Shown: one piece after another, positions 1-13,377 of the stretch
Position numbering within the stretch: position 1 is the stretch's first letter
Layout of the letters: each line of letters starts with the position of its first letter
NCBI GenBank assembly: GCA_002269645.1
Contig: NIVC01000271.1
Coordinates: 124,001-188,000 of the forward strand
Length of the DNA: 64,000 bases
Direction: 5' to 3'
Origin: Macrostomum lignano
Taxonomy: Eukaryota
Made by a program: the position numbers and the translations under genes
The notes under the pieces: generated by a model
What the model was told of the DNA's origin: nothing
Databases searched by the model: none
The model's input: only the letters and a program-made list of their open reading frames with translations

Positions 1-666
1 TAAACAACCATAAACAAGGCAATTTATCTTTCAAGGCCTTGAACCAAGACATTGACGAATATAAAATAAAATAAATTTAATTTTAAAAAGCACGAAACGT
101 TTTTTATTGTTCACTTCTATTTTGTCTATTTTAACAAACAGTATCTTATTTTCTAATTATAATTTAGCTTTAAGATATTAACTTTTACTTAAAAGCATAT
201 AAAAATAATAATTAATTATAGTAATTTCATAAGAACGTCTGAATGTGGTGTATCACAGTTTTTTTATCGAAGTGGATTCCATGTTGAATCAATATACGCT
301 TATTTCTCATGAATTCCTTGTAAAATCCACATCAACATTAGGACAGTAAAAATTAAAAAATAATGCATAAAAAATAATTTGCGTACCATTATGTCATCTT
401 TAAGTCATTAATTTGCAAAAATTAAGGAAACATTTAAATTCCACATGGCCACGTGGAACCCACGTGGAATCCATGAATCATTTTTCACTGGGTGGCAGCC
501 CTGCGGCATCGCCATCAATGCCTCCCTGTGGACTGCCGGTCAGCCTGGAGACAACATGCCCCATATTGAGAACTTTGCCGGCATGTGGGGCACCGGAATC
601 GGGGACTTCGCTCCCGATGTCATCTCTCTACTCGTGGCATGCTGTGCGAGTGCCTGTCGCCGTTCG

Positions 667-781
667 ACTGAACTTGTGCCGTACTGAACTTGTGCCGTAC
701 TGAACTTGTGCCGTACTACTGAACTTGTGCCGTACTGAACTTGTGCCGTACTGAACTTGTGCCGTACTGAACTTGTGCCGC
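667..781. repeat. 16-bp minisatellite (AACTTGTGCCGTACTG)n, about 7 copies
   Basis: Direct tandem copies visible; it explains the repetitive ends of ORFs 413..703, 445..687 and 540..812. Confidence 0.9.
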
Positions 782-1258
782 TGTAGGCCCAGCTTAGCTT
801 GAAAATTGTCACTTAAAATTAACGACTTGTTTGCTTATTCCCAACAAAAAAGGTAGATTTTTTTACAAACCAAACCAAAGCCACTTTATAGATTTCAACG
901 TTCAAAAAATGATTGCGCTGTTTCGTTACGATTGTATTTGTGCAACTAAATCCGTTATATTATTACTTACAAACGCAGCCCGGTACATTTTTTTTCTTGA
1001 AGAAATTAAGACTACTAAAAAAATTATGTTTAAATAAAACAGAAGCCGTTAACAACACATTTTATGAAACAAAATGACTAATTTTCCATTTTAACACATT
1101 CTATGGGTGAAATGAAAGTAGGCGATTTAGCGGTTGTGAAATTTCGCGTTTGTGGAAGCAACCCGTTTGGGCTTATTGCCATGCCAATGCAGTTTGTCTA
1201 CCTTTGGCGGTCTCGTTCCCGACATCAGCAAAGATCTATGAAAACCGTTTTTCATTCT

Positions 1259-4200
1259 CCCAGTAAAAAAGGGTAGTCGGAATTCGATTGGAATCTGATC
1301 GGAATTTAATCGGCAGTCGGAATTTGCCGGAAAAGGTTTAAACCACAATATTTTGTTTTATATAACACGTTACTATGATAATAAGCATAAAAAATACAAG
1401 AAAATGTTTTTCGAGCTATATTTGCGCAATCGGAAAATAGTCGGAAACCATCTCTTCTTCTTCCGATCGGAATTTGTACTCATTTTTCTTCCTACTTTCT
1501 GATACAGCCATATTCATAACGCATGTGCTGTACTAAACGTGTTTTCTTGCTTTTATGTATTGCCAGAATGTGCAGAATATACCTTTATGATACAAAAAAT
1601 TACTACAATAATTCAGTTTTTGTTTTGATGCCACAAAAAAATGCTGGCCATCCAATTTATATCGAAAGTATTTAAAAAGCGATTTATTTTTTACCTTCCT
1701 CTCTATATAACCTTTTCGTTATATTTTTGCTTATAGCGTCTTTCCACTGGCACTAGCACTGGCCCTGGCAAAAATATTACTAAATTAAAATTAAAAACCT
1801 TGTTATTAAAAACCTACTTAATGCCTAACCACTATCTTATTAATTATTGCTAATTGCAATACTCCTAGGCCTACTCCTATTGCAATTCCTACTTTACTAG
1901 GGCCTAGGCCTAGCCTATTTTGCTACACATTTTTCTCAAGATTGTCTTTAAAGCAGTATTTTCATTTAACTACAACTACAACTTATACCTTGTTTTTCTT
2001 ATATATGAAATTAATACTACCTAGTTTTAGGCTTTTAGTCATTGAATCTAAAAATATAAGGCCTTGGCCAGGCCCTAGTTAAACTTACTTTAGACATTTA
2101 GTGTGTCTTATTAGGTTTACTCAATATACCTAACAATCAATAGACATTTGTTTAGGCTAAGGCATTTAAGCAAAGTAATTGAATAATGTCTATAGTTTAC
2201 AATTGTATATTATAATTTGCTATTAGATAAGACTTTCTTTTTAGTATTATAATGAAGAATTATTAACTTATTATTTATAGACTAGGCCTAGTAAGTAAAT
2301 AATATAGGCCACATGTCAATAGCTATTTACACTTGCTTATAAAACATTTCTATGCTTAGAACTCTAGAACTCTAATTAAACTAAGACTCTAGACCCTGGA
2401 ATGTTACATGTATGTCAGAAAATTTGGATATGCAAATGTCAACTGACTCATTTTAAAGTTGGCATACAAATTTTGGTGTATAATTTATACATTTTTTGGC
2501 ATACAAATTTTGGTATACAAATTCACATCCATTTTTGGCCTACAACTTTTGGTGAATAAATTTATGTTGAGCATGAAAATTTCAATGTAAATTAATGTTT
2601 TTATGTAAAATAAAGAAATATTTGTATACTCAAGAAATTAATAATAAACTTTCTACTTCTTTATAATTAAAAATGATTTAGAGTAGTAAAATTATTATTA
2701 AAATGTAAATGTTGCATCATTATTTTTATAGGTACAATCAAGTTTGTCTAAAATGAAAATATGTATAATATTTTAAAGAATACTTTTCATACAAAAACCT
2801 TTCTTAGGAAACTCAACTTGTGAAAACCAAATGACCTTTTTAGGAGGCTTTTTTAGTTTACATTTTAATGATTTTTTTGTTTTTGGCATACACTGGCATA
2901 CATTTAGCTAAGATAAGATTCTTGTTCTAGCATACACTATTACACAATCCGGACCCTAGCTAAGACTTAGAATAATTTGGTCTTCTAATTTTGCCTTTAG
3001 AAATATTAAGATTTAGTATATTTAGATAAATAAAGTACTATATATCTCAATGTCAAATGAAAGTTCAAATAGACAACAGGTCAATAAGATAAAAAATACT
3101 CAGGACATTATATCCTTAGAATACATTATTTATAATAGTAAATATGATTGTGCATTTTGATTATGCTAGTATTAATTTTTTATTGTTTATATTATTTCTC
3201 TTAGTTATCATAGAGCACTGTTAGACTAAGACTAGGCCCCTAGTTCTAGCTTTACTAAGCATGCTATAGCTTGTATTATTATCTTATCAATGGCTTCTGC
3301 TTCTATTTCAGACACTGCTGGTCTAGATGTGGTGCATTAGTGCAAAGGTGCCACAGTCTGTTTGCTACATAATGGATGGGATCTCTAGGTTCAGTTCAAG
3401 ACTGGGGAAAAGGATCCTGGAAGAGCTGACTAGGCCTAGCTAACAAGGATCAAAGATCAAATTGTCTTTGAATATGTACAAGCATACTTTGGCGAGATCT
3501 TCAAGGGTATGTGTTCTTTGTGTTTTTATTCTTATAGTATATATAGTATATCCAATTGCTTTTATACCAGTTTTAAAGATTGCAAATGTTAAGTTTTTTC
3601 TTGCCTTGCCTGAAGACAACTATTCTCCTTATTTTTTATTTCCAAATCTTTCTAATGACAGTGAAGGTGCCCAACTGGTCTGCTGATCATGCCATTAACT
3701 CTCTAAATTACTCAATGCAGGACCCTATCCTCCGAGTTCTCTGGATTGCATCAAAGGCCATTTAGAGCTTCTGCGATGGCGTCTGAAAGTGCAAGAGCTC
3801 CAGACCAACATTTGTGGAGTGTCAGTGGGGAAGCAATTGCGACAATGAAGCGCCTCTGCCGCCACCTGTGATGACAAACCATGTGCTGACTCTGGCTGTA
3901 AGTTCGCTGACTGATAATGCAGCCGTTTGGTTCACAACATTTATCTAGCTAGCTAGCTTTTTGCATTCATGTGTTGTTCATCAATCATATTATTGTATTA
4001 TTCTGCATTTGTTTTCTGTATTTTATTATTTGTTTTCGGCACTCATTTTCTGCATATATTGCATTATTATTATGCTCTTTCTTGATGTTTCCTTGCATCC
4101 ACGTGTAATACAGTTACTCTCTTGACGTGTTGTGCAGAAATTGCTTACTGTAATCTTTATAATTGCATAATATACAATGCATTGAGTAAATTAAATAGCC

Positions 4201-4478
4201 AATCATTATTGTGCTTCACTCTTCAAGCAGAATAATATTTTAAATAATGTATTATTTTGCTAAGCACTTTGAAAACCGATTTGTTTATTTTTTACGCAAG
4301 CTAGCCGATGCAAAAGCAAATTCTGAAAAATACAACCTAATCGTAATTTAGTCGGATATTAGCGTCACATTCCGATCGGAAAACTCCGACTAGAAAACGA
4401 CCGGATTGCACGAGCCACTTTGCTGACAAATTCCGACCGGACATTCCGATCGGATTCCGACTACCCTTTTTTACTGGG
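1259..4478. mobile_element. Non-autonomous TIR DNA transposon, CACTA/EnSpm (CMC)-like, about 3.2 kb
   Basis: Perfect 25-bp TIR CCCAGTAAAAAAGGGTAGTCGGAAT at 1259 with its reverse complement ending at 4478. Flanking 2-bp duplication CT/CT. Many TCGGAA/TTCCGA subterminal motifs at both ends. No transposase ORF inside. Confidence 0.7.
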
Positions 4479-4599
4479 CTTCGAGGACAGTCCTGCAGTC
4501 GGAAGGCGGCATCATCTGCGCCGAGTCGTACGTACACTACAGAGCCCGATAAAATGGTACAAAGCCCCAAGAAGGGTCCCGAAGTCACTTCATCGCAAC

Positions 4600-4815
4600 A
4601 GAGTAGTTATCAGAGTCGTTGCAGGTAACACAGGTCAAATAGGAGAGGTGACTCAAGACGGCTCTAAAACGACGAGATTTCACGATACAAGTCGTCAGAG
4701 TCGCCTAAGAGTCAATTTGAGGCGTTTTACTCTGAGGCATTTCTATAATAGCTCTGCATGGGCCGTTGAGTCGTATCTGAGGCGTGCTACAGTCGCTGTA
4801 GAATCACTGAGTTGA
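4600..4815. repeat. Dispersed repeat rich in GAGTCG motifs, inverted homologue of 36040-36230
   Basis: Its reverse complement shares blocks such as CTCAAATTGACTCTTAGGCGACTCT and ATCTCGTCGTTT with 36040-36230. Confidence 0.65.
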
Positions 4816-4839
4816 GTTTATAATGCATCTGCGTCACTT

Positions 4840-5052
4840 GGGCCTGGCTGCGTGCAGCCTTAGTCTATGGGCCATAGACTATAAAGGATAAGCTAGGATT
4901 GGCTAGTCATATGGCTCAGAAGCTCAGAAGGTATAAAAATAAAAGAATACGACGCATAGACCAATCGATTCTCACATTGGATGGCTTTTTATCACTTTGC
5001 TTGTCCTTTATTGTCTATGGCCCATAGACTTAGGCTGCACGCAGCCAGGCCC
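4840..5052. mobile_element. MITE, about 213 bp, with about 50-bp TIRs (GGGCCTGGCTGCGTGCAGCC...)
   Basis: Left GGGCCTGGCTGCGTGCAGCCTTAGTCTATGGGCCATAGAC matches the reverse complement of the right end. TSD unclear (TT/TT at most), so the superfamily is not assigned. Confidence 0.75.
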
Positions 5053-5677
5053 TTCGCAGTCAGCGTAGGCAGGATTCTCATTTTGGGTGGCTTTATTCTC
5101 AGTTAGGCTGACAAAAGCAATAGTTATACGCAGTGTATCAAGTGAAGACAAAGAAAAGCAGTAACTATAACTTGAACATTTTTATAACTTTCACAATTCC
5201 CTTTCACGGCAGTCGGGCCATAGAGTAACAGCAGCAATGAGTTATTACTGTCCTGTTAGCCCGAAACGAAGTTTTATTTATATATGAACACATCGACATA
5301 AAGTAATGATTTCATTTTTAATCATCATTTAGTTGATTTTTTGCGCACAAAATAAAGACTTATTTGACAAAAAAAAATTTTGGTTCAGAGAAATAGGCAA
5401 CAGAGCTAGTGTCCAGGAAAGGTTTTCATGTTTGCGTAAAGTAGTAGACACGGGAATTAAATCAAAATGGGGCCATGCAGGTGCTAACTGTTTTGTAGCT
5501 ATCCTTAATTTAGCAAGATGTGGGCTGGCGGTGCACTTCCAACAAACAAACTAATTGTAATGCATAAATATCGAAAGCAAATTGTGCATGTAAGCAGGAT
5601 GAATCCATCTTTAATGCCCCGGACAACTAAGATATGAGATGAGGAGGGACAGAGATTGAGTTAAAGTCAGACAAATA

Positions 5678-5709
5678 AAAAAGACAGACACAGATAGACA
5701 CTAAGACAA

Positions 5710-5745
<36 letters not shown>

Positions 5746-5885
5746 GCAGACAGAGAGACACTAAGATAGACAGACAGACAAACAGACAGACAGAAAGATA
5801 GACAGACAAACAGTCAGACAGACAGGCAGACGGACAGACAGACAAACAGACAGACAGACAGGCAGACAGACAGACACAGGCAAAC
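5678..5885. repeat. (GACA)n microsatellite
   Basis: Direct tetranucleotide run. Confidence 0.95.
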
Positions 5886-7228
5886 AGCTACAGTAATTGG
5901 CAGAGAGGACAGAAAATCCCGAACTAAGATCAGCAGACCAATTGAAGCTCGGAGGAACAAGCGGCTACCAGAAAATCTTTAGCAGGTTTTCAAATAACCA
6001 AGAAAACACGGGTCTGCACAGAGGGAGAAGCGGTCAGTGTGCAATTTTGGAACATTCATATTTAAATTTATTAACAAAGCATGCATGTGCGCTGCAGCAA
6101 GACAGAGAAAACTGGTGTATATAAAAATGGGAGAAAGAACATTTGAAAGTCAATGCGAAGACCCACACGGCATTATATTTTCTCACCAAAAAGATCAATT
6201 TAAAGAATGGATAATAAAACAAACAGAAAAAAGAGAGCATTCAGAGACACAAAAATATAGAATCGACAGACCCAATCAATATGAAAATAAAATCCCATTT
6301 ATACAAAATGAAAACAAAAAAACAAACAAATTATATAATGGGACAGTTTTGGTGGGTGGGGCAACAAGCAAAAATAGGATGAAAATATAGAATTATGCAC
6401 AGATGGGTCACTACAGTTCACTCAATACTCAAACAGCACTGCATGTAGATGTATTCGAATATTTACATGGATATTACACTGTGCAGACGATCGAGAGGAT
6501 TAGGGGGAAAGAGCAAAGCATCAGCAAAGTTTAATCAGTCAAATTTTTAGCAAGATATGATATACCACTATAGTTAATAATAGTTAATCTATTCCACTAA
6601 TTCCATATCTAAATTAATCCTCTGTAGTGCTTTTGCCAGCCAAGTTCGTCAGTCAAAAAGGCAAAGTAAGTTGATGATTTGGCCATAGACATCTGCACAC
6701 AAAGGGAACCAGCAGTAACCCCTCTCTCTCTCTCTCTCTCTCTCTCACGCTTAAACATCTATTTTAATTAACAACTTGGGCTGACAAAATGCAATAAAAG
6801 AATCAGGCTATTGAAGATTTGCTTTGAATTGTCTATGGCCCAGATTGGGGAATTTGAGCGCACAATTTTAAATCCAATGAAAACAAACAAAGAACACAAG
6901 GCAAAACCTTAACTTATAAGTATAAGTTGCTCTACAGACACACATTTGCGCCATAGACAATGACAAGCCAGTCTTCAATAGTTTGACTTCTCTTAGGCTT
7001 CAACTCTGAGACACAGCAAGTATCTATGGCGAAACCTTCCCAAATATAAATTTAGATACAAATTTATTCAAGATTTTCATGCACAAAATAGTAGCAAAAG
7101 AAGCATTTGAAAAAAGGAGAAACTGGCATCGGCGCGGTGTTATATTCTATTTTTGAACAGACACAGATATATGAATATTAAAGAGTTGCTGAATAAATAA
7201 AAGCCAATCAATTGTATAATTGATTTGA

Positions 7229-10200
7229 TTAAGATCGACCAATAGAAGAACCGCCAGTTGAACTGCCAGTTCGCCTCCGTTTAACAGTCAGCGTTGTAAT
7301 CTTGGGACCGTTGCTGCCGCTGTTCAGGGTAGCGACTGCATGAGGCGGCGATGCCGGCCTCGCTGCCGTCGACGCTCGCTTAGGTGGTCGATCGACGCTT
7401 GATGAGGCTCCGCTACTAGTGGATGCTGGAGTCGACGGCAGGTCATGCTGTTCATCTTGAGTATAAAACAGAATGTAAGCCTGTGACGCCAGTGCTTCGT
7501 CAAGGTTGCTCGGCTGGACGAACGCGTCGTTGCAGTGAAGCCAAGAGCCTTCGGGTGTTGGAGCGACAGGCAGGGGTTTTGGGAGATGCTGGGCAATTCT
7601 TGGCAGGTGAACTTGGAACTTGCTAAGGTAGCCGATGATCATTCTAAGGAGTGGCGATTCTAAAGGGGGCGATTCCTTAAGGGGGCGATTCCTTAGAGGG
7701 CGATTTCGAAGGGGGCGAGTCTTAAGGGGCGATTCCTTAGGGAGGCGATTCTTAAGGGGGCGATTCCTTAGGGGGGGGGCGATTCCCCAGGGGGGGGGCG
7801 ATTGCTTAGGGGGGCGATTTCTAAGGGGGGCGATTCCTTAGGGAGGCGATTCTTAAGGGGGCGATTCCTTAGGGAGGCGATTCTTAAGGGGGCGATTCCT
7901 TAGGGGGGGGGGCGATTCCTCAGGGGGGGGGGCGATTGCTTAGGGGGGCGATTTCTAAGGGGGCGATTTCTAAGGGGGGGCGATTCCTTAAGGGGGCGAT
8001 TCTTAAAGGGGCGACTCTATTGAGAATTACAGACGTACATCAAATACAGCTCCTCTCACCAGTAGCCTTATTGAAGCAGAATGACGTGTAGTGGCCAGAC
8101 TGAAAGCCTCTGCCGTGGTGCACAACCACACCTGTAAGGTGATAGATGTTGCTGCCGCCTCCTGCTTCTCCTGCGGACTCGCCATCGGGCAGCAGGCAGG
8201 ACACATCCAGCTGGCTAGTAAAGCACACCCTGGCACAGATTTTCTCTCGGGCCCTACCAATCCAACGGAATCGTTTCAGATGCAGCCTGAGCACCCTTGG
8301 CAAGCGTTTAATTCGCAACTGTTGCCTAGCTTTGGAATATTGCGGCACTCGCTTGGCTCGCTGCGACATTGGCGACCTGTTGCAAGTCTCGCATAGGTAG
8401 CTTCGATCTTCAATCTCAGTTTCTCTGGCGAATAGTTTCAATAGCTCGGCTAGCTGACACTCGGTCTGCTCACCTGTGTGACAGCTCTCGGGAAAAGCCA
8501 ACGATATGTCCATGAAGATGTCCTCAGTCTGGGAGCATCTGCCGCATTGCAGACAGCGAACAGTTGACAAATAAGAGCCTTGGAATGTACTGGACACAAT
8601 GTTCTGAGCCTGGCTAAGCTCTTTCTGCAATCTGTCCAACAATTCGCACAGGAACTCTTGAGCATCCTGCTGTTTATAGCCGCGAAAGAATGGCACATGG
8701 CGCCAGACGCAGGTGAGAAGGCCCTGCGGCGAGACAACCGCCCGCCGGCCGGACCAGAGCACACGGAACAGAGCGTGCAGCTCCTCAGCCAGCGTGCCAG
8801 TTGGACCGTCTTCAGCCGCATAGGCGATGGCTTCGGAATTTCTGACACTATTAGCCTGATGACTGCCTCCGCTGAGACCGCCGCTATTACTAGAAGATGC
8901 CGCTTGTTGCTGCTTCGATGCCTTCTGCCTCTGCTGTTGCTCAACAGATTCTAAGCACTCTACCGAAGTGAGACGCCTCAAAGATTTCCTACCATTGCCG
9001 CTGCCAAATTGGCGGGCCAAATGAGCCGGGCAGGATGGCGATTTACAAATCGTCTGGCTAGCAACTGCTGAGCCCCGACCAGTGCCCGCGTCTCCATTCA
9101 GAGTTAAATGATCGATAAAATAAGCGGCTAAAGAGTCCGTGTGGCTCAATATCTGCACAACCGAATTCATGTAGCAGGTGTTGCCAAGATTGCGCAGGCC
9201 GGTAGTGCCCGGCAGGATTAAAATGGCCGATTTTTCTGTCTTTGCCGGGTCTCTGGCGTTTGCGCTGCTGGCTCTGCCAAATCTGCCGGTCTGAACTGCG
9301 CCGCTACTGCTACGACTACTACTACTAGTAGAAGAAGCGGCAGTTAAAGCAGACGCCAATTTAACAACGGTTTCTGGTCGACGCCTGAGCATAGCGCTGT
9401 GCCAGAGTCTGAGAGACCAGGATAGACGAGAGCGCCTGTGCAGCATCAGGGCTGTATAGGTCAGGTCCGCTTGCATCAGGTTCTGCGCTTTCCTGTTGGG
9501 TTTGTGCCAGTTTAAAAAAATATTTAGAAAACGAATTCGAAAATTATCGTTCCATAATTGAGAAGAACAAACCTCTTTATTGCTAAACGCTCTGCCATGT
9601 CTTATAATCATTTTCAATCCAAGTTATGATATACAGTATGTCGCAATCTTATGACGAATTAATATTTGTACATTGATGCAAATATAAAAATAGAAACAGC
9701 AGCTAAAGTACACTATAATTAATTACTTTTTTACTTACTTTCCAATGTGTCTTTTTGTTGCTAAGGCTACATAATAAGCATAATCTAAAAATAGAACATA
9801 CAACACAACGCAGGGACAATAGAAAAAGGTTTGTACGCTTTAAGCTTCAAGATGACATTGGTTTGTCCTATTTAATTGTTGATATTATACACTATCTGTA
9901 GTCAGCCGCTAGTTTAGTGTTAGGCGTCGCCCTACTGTCAGCAGTTTCCCTCGCCCTTGGTTGCTGTCTCCGCGTTTTCTTTGTGCTCTTGTTTGCAGCC
10001 ACGGGCATCTCTGCTGTTGGTCTGCTCTTTGGTTCGCTTCGCTTCATTTTTGAGGTCACGGTCGGTGGCCTTGCTTTTTTGGAGTCCAAAAGTGCAGTAA
10101 ACATATTTACAGCAACTCAGTGGCCCGTGTTTACGAGGGAATCACGTGTCTCAGAACCCCTGCCTTCTCTAAGGCGGGGCGTGACGTCAGTTCTAAAAAT

Positions 10201-12305
10201 AGAACTAAGTCACTAGATCTTGCGCACAGTGGCGCAATAGGGGAATTATCGGGTCGATTCTCACGCATGAGAATCATAGGGACGATTCTCAGGTATGAGA
10301 ATTGTAGGGGCGATTCTCAGGTATGAGAATTGTAGGGGCGATTCTCAGTTATGAGAATTGTAGGGGCGATTCGATCTCACGCATGAGAATCATAGGGGCG
10401 ATTCTCAGGTATGAGAATTGTAGGGGCGATTCTCAGTTAAGAGAATTGTAGGGGCGATTCTCAGGATGAGAATTATTGGGACGATTCTAGCGCATGAGAA
10501 TTGTAGAGGCGATTCTCACGCATGAGAATTATAGGGACGATTCTTCGATATAAGAATTGTAGGGGCGATTCTCAGGTATGAGAATTGTAGGGGCGATTCT
10601 CACGCATGAGAATTATAGGGACGATTCTTCGATATAAGAATTGTAGGGGCGATTCTCAGGTATGAGAATTGTAGGGGCGATTCTCACGCATGAGAATTAT
10701 AGGGACGATTCTTCGATATAAGAATTGTAGGGGCGATTCTCAGGTATGAGAATTATTGGGGCGATTCTAAAGCATGAGAATTGTAGATGCGATCCTCACG
10801 CATGAGAATTATAAAGGTGATTCTAACGCATGAGAATTGCAGAGACGATTCTCACGCATGAGAATTGCAGATACGATTCTCACGCATGAGAATGGGGGCG
10901 ATTCTAACGCATGAGAATTGCAGAGACGATTCTCACGCATGAGAATTATTGGGGCGATTTTCAGGTATGAGAATCATATGGGCGATTCTGAGGTATGAGA
11001 AGTGTAGGGTCGATTCTCATACTTCTCATACTAGGCCTGATTGAATGTCACAAGAACATAGGGGCATAAGAAAACTTAAAACAGAATATAGAGCGTATTA
11101 AGTCGACTCACTGCCTAGGATTGGCGGCCTGAGATCTGAGCAGCCGGGAGCGCAAACTGCAATTAGTCAGTATAGATAAATTCTGTGCTGCGACTGCGTC
11201 TAACGCCATGCGTAAGATTTTTATATCGCCAGCTGCGTTGTCGTTGAGAATGTAGTCGTCGCATACGTAGCTAAAATTGTTGGGAAAGAGTAGTATATGC
11301 GGCAGATTCAATGGTAGAGTGGATAGATTTAATGGTAGAGATGGTAGATTCAATGACAGATTTGGTAGATTCAATGGTAGAGATGGTAGATTCAATGACA
11401 GATTTGGTAGATTCAATGGCAGATCTAGTAGATTCAATGGCAGATTTGGTAGATTCAATGACAGATTTAGTAGATTCAATGACAGATTTGGTAGATTCAA
11501 TGACAGATTTAGTAGATTCAATGACAGATTTAGTAGATTCAATGGCAGATTCGGTAGCTTCAATGGTACAGTTGGTAGATTCAATGGTAGAGTTGGTAGA
11601 TTCAATGGTAGATTTGGTAGATTCAATGGTAGAGTTGGTAGATTCAATGGTAGAGTTAGTAGATTTAATGGTAGATTTGGTAGATTCAACTGTAAAGTTG
11701 GTAGATTCAATGGTACTGATGGTAGATTTAATGGTAGAGTTGGTAGATTCAATGGTAGAGTTGGTAGATTTAATGGTAGAGTTGGTAGATTCAATGGTAG
11801 AGTTAGTAGATTTAATGGTAGAGTTGGTAGATTCAACTGTAAAGTTGGTAGATTCAATGGTACTGATGGTAGATTTAATGGTAGAGTTGGTAGATTCAAT
11901 GGTAGAGTTGGTAGATTTAATGGTAGAGTTGGTAGATTCAATGGTAGAGTTGGTAGATTTAATGGTAGAGTTGGTAGATTCAATGGTAGAGTTGGTAGAT
12001 TCAATGGTAGAGATGGTAGATTCAATGGTAGAGTTGGTAGATTCAATAATAGCCAAATTAGTGAATCGCACTCACCAGAAGACGAACTTCTCATTAACCT
12101 CAATAGACAAGGGATGTTTAGTATCCCGGTGATGCTTCAAAGCGTGCTCTTCATTATAGCGACCGCAGGCAATATTGGGGCAGTGCAGACAGGCCCAAAC
12201 TGATTCTGTAGTTGAGCACACGGCACAATTCCACCTTTCTGGCTGCAATAGGCCCAAATCCACGCAGCCTTTAATTCGACTGACGTGCTTGCAGTTGTCT
12301 ACCAT
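7229..12305 (-). CDS. USP44/49: Ubiquitin carboxyl-terminal hydrolase 44/49-like (ZnF-UBP + USP catalytic domain), 4 exons, 713 aa
   Basis: Exons 12305-12076, 11270-11112, 9492-8060 and 7548-7229 sum to 2142 nt, in phase, all GT-AG. ZnF-UBP (CAVC...VWACLHC..IACGRY...HA..H...H), Cys box GLRNLGNTCYMNS, QQDAQEF, His box VVVHHG.GF.SGHYT, W.HCND and QAYILFY are all present. The exon 4 acceptor has a weak pyrimidine tract. Confidence 0.88.
7651..8015. repeat. G-rich 15-17-bp minisatellite (GGGGCGATTCCTTAG)n in USP intron 3
   Basis: Tandem GGGGCGATT units with runs of 4-9 G. Confidence 0.9.
10250..11020. repeat. About 28-bp minisatellite (GGGGCGATTCTCACGCATGAGAATTATA-like) in USP intron 2
   Basis: Tandem copies; many units contain the inverted repeat TTCTCA-N4-TGAGAA. 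Confidence 0.9.
11305..12046. repeat. 21-bp minisatellite (GTAGATTCAATGGTAGAGTTG)n filling USP intron 1
   Basis: About 35 copies. It generates the four long repetitive ORFs between 11108 and 12203. Confidence 0.95.
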
Positions 12306-12452
12306 GTGATCGGCTGCTGGAATATTTTTGGGATCGGTTTTTTATTTAATTAACCTGATTTAAAATCCGTCGGTTTAAACTACTGAAAGTAGTGCAGAAG
12401 TTTATTGTTAAGAAAATCATAAAGTCAAAAGGCAGGAGTTATTTTCAATAGG

Positions 12453-12458
12453 TTTATT
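12453..12458 (-). terminator. Candidate poly(A) signal AATAAA for TTI1
   Basis: First AATAAA on the minus strand after the TTI1 stop and the satellite, followed by a T-rich downstream stretch. Further AATAAA at 12406-12401 and 12346-12341. Confidence 0.45.
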
Positions 12459-12529
12459 AACAAAATACATGCGTTGTACAAGCAGAGGAAGGTATTGGCA
12501 TTACTGAATCAAGGAAAGACTTAAACATA

Positions 12530-13305
12530 TGGCATGAGTGCTATAGGACAAGTGGCATCAGTCCTAAAGGATAAATGGCATCAGTCCTATAGGATAAATG
12601 GCATCAGTCCTATAGGATAAATGGCATGAGTGCTATAGGATAAATGGCATGAGTGCTATAGGATAAATGGCATCAGTCCTACAGGATAAATGGCATGAGT
12701 GCTATAGGATAAATGGCATCAGTCCTACAGGATAAATGGCATGAGTGCTATAGGATAAATGGCATCAGTCCTATAGGATAAATGGCATGAGTGCTATAGG
12801 ATAAATGGCATCAGTCCTATAGGATAAATGGCATCAGTCCTATAGGATAAATGGCATCAGTCCTAAAGGATAAATGGCATCAGTCCTATAGAATAAATGG
12901 CATGAGTGCTATAGGATAAATGGCATCAGTCCTATATGATAAATGGCATCAGTCCTAAAGGATAAATGGCATCAGTCCTATAGGATAAATGGCATGAGTG
13001 CTATAGGATAAATGGCATCAGTCCTATAGGATAAATGGCATCAGTCCTATAGGATAAATGGCATCAGTCCTAAAGGATAAATGGCATCAGTCCAATAGGA
13101 TAAATGGCATCAGGATTCAGGCCATCAGTCCTAAAGGATAAATGGCATCAGTCCAATAGGATAAATGGCATCAGGCCATCAGTCCTAAAGGATAAATGGC
13201 ATCAGCCCTAAAGGATAAATGGCATCAGTCCTAAAGGATAAATGGCATCAGTCCTAAAGGATAAATGGCATCAGTCCTAAAGGATAAATGGCATCAGTCC
13301 TATAG
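12530..13305. repeat. 23-bp minisatellite (GGATAAATGGCATCAGTCCTATA)n downstream of the TTI1 stop
   Basis: Direct tandem copies with two variant unit types. Confidence 0.95.
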
Positions 13306-13377
13306 GTTAAATCGAATTTCGAGACACCCCCCCCCTAGCAACAATGATAAAGAATGAGTCTAAATTCAGTCTTAAGT

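Noticed and set aside
413-812. GC-rich ORFs at the window start
   Set aside because: No homology recognised, and they run into a 16-bp satellite.
9892-10104. Lys/Arg-rich ORF as an extra USP exon
   Set aside because: No phase-compatible splice sites give an open frame. Exon 2 joins directly to 9492 in phase and restores the expected TAL..RR..L...LRLW segment.
11108-12203. Four long ORFs (266-331 aa) with LNLPTLP / IESTNST / GRFNGRV / MVELVDS repeats
   Set aside because: They are frames of a 21-bp minisatellite inside USP intron 1. Only 11270-11112 is a real exon.
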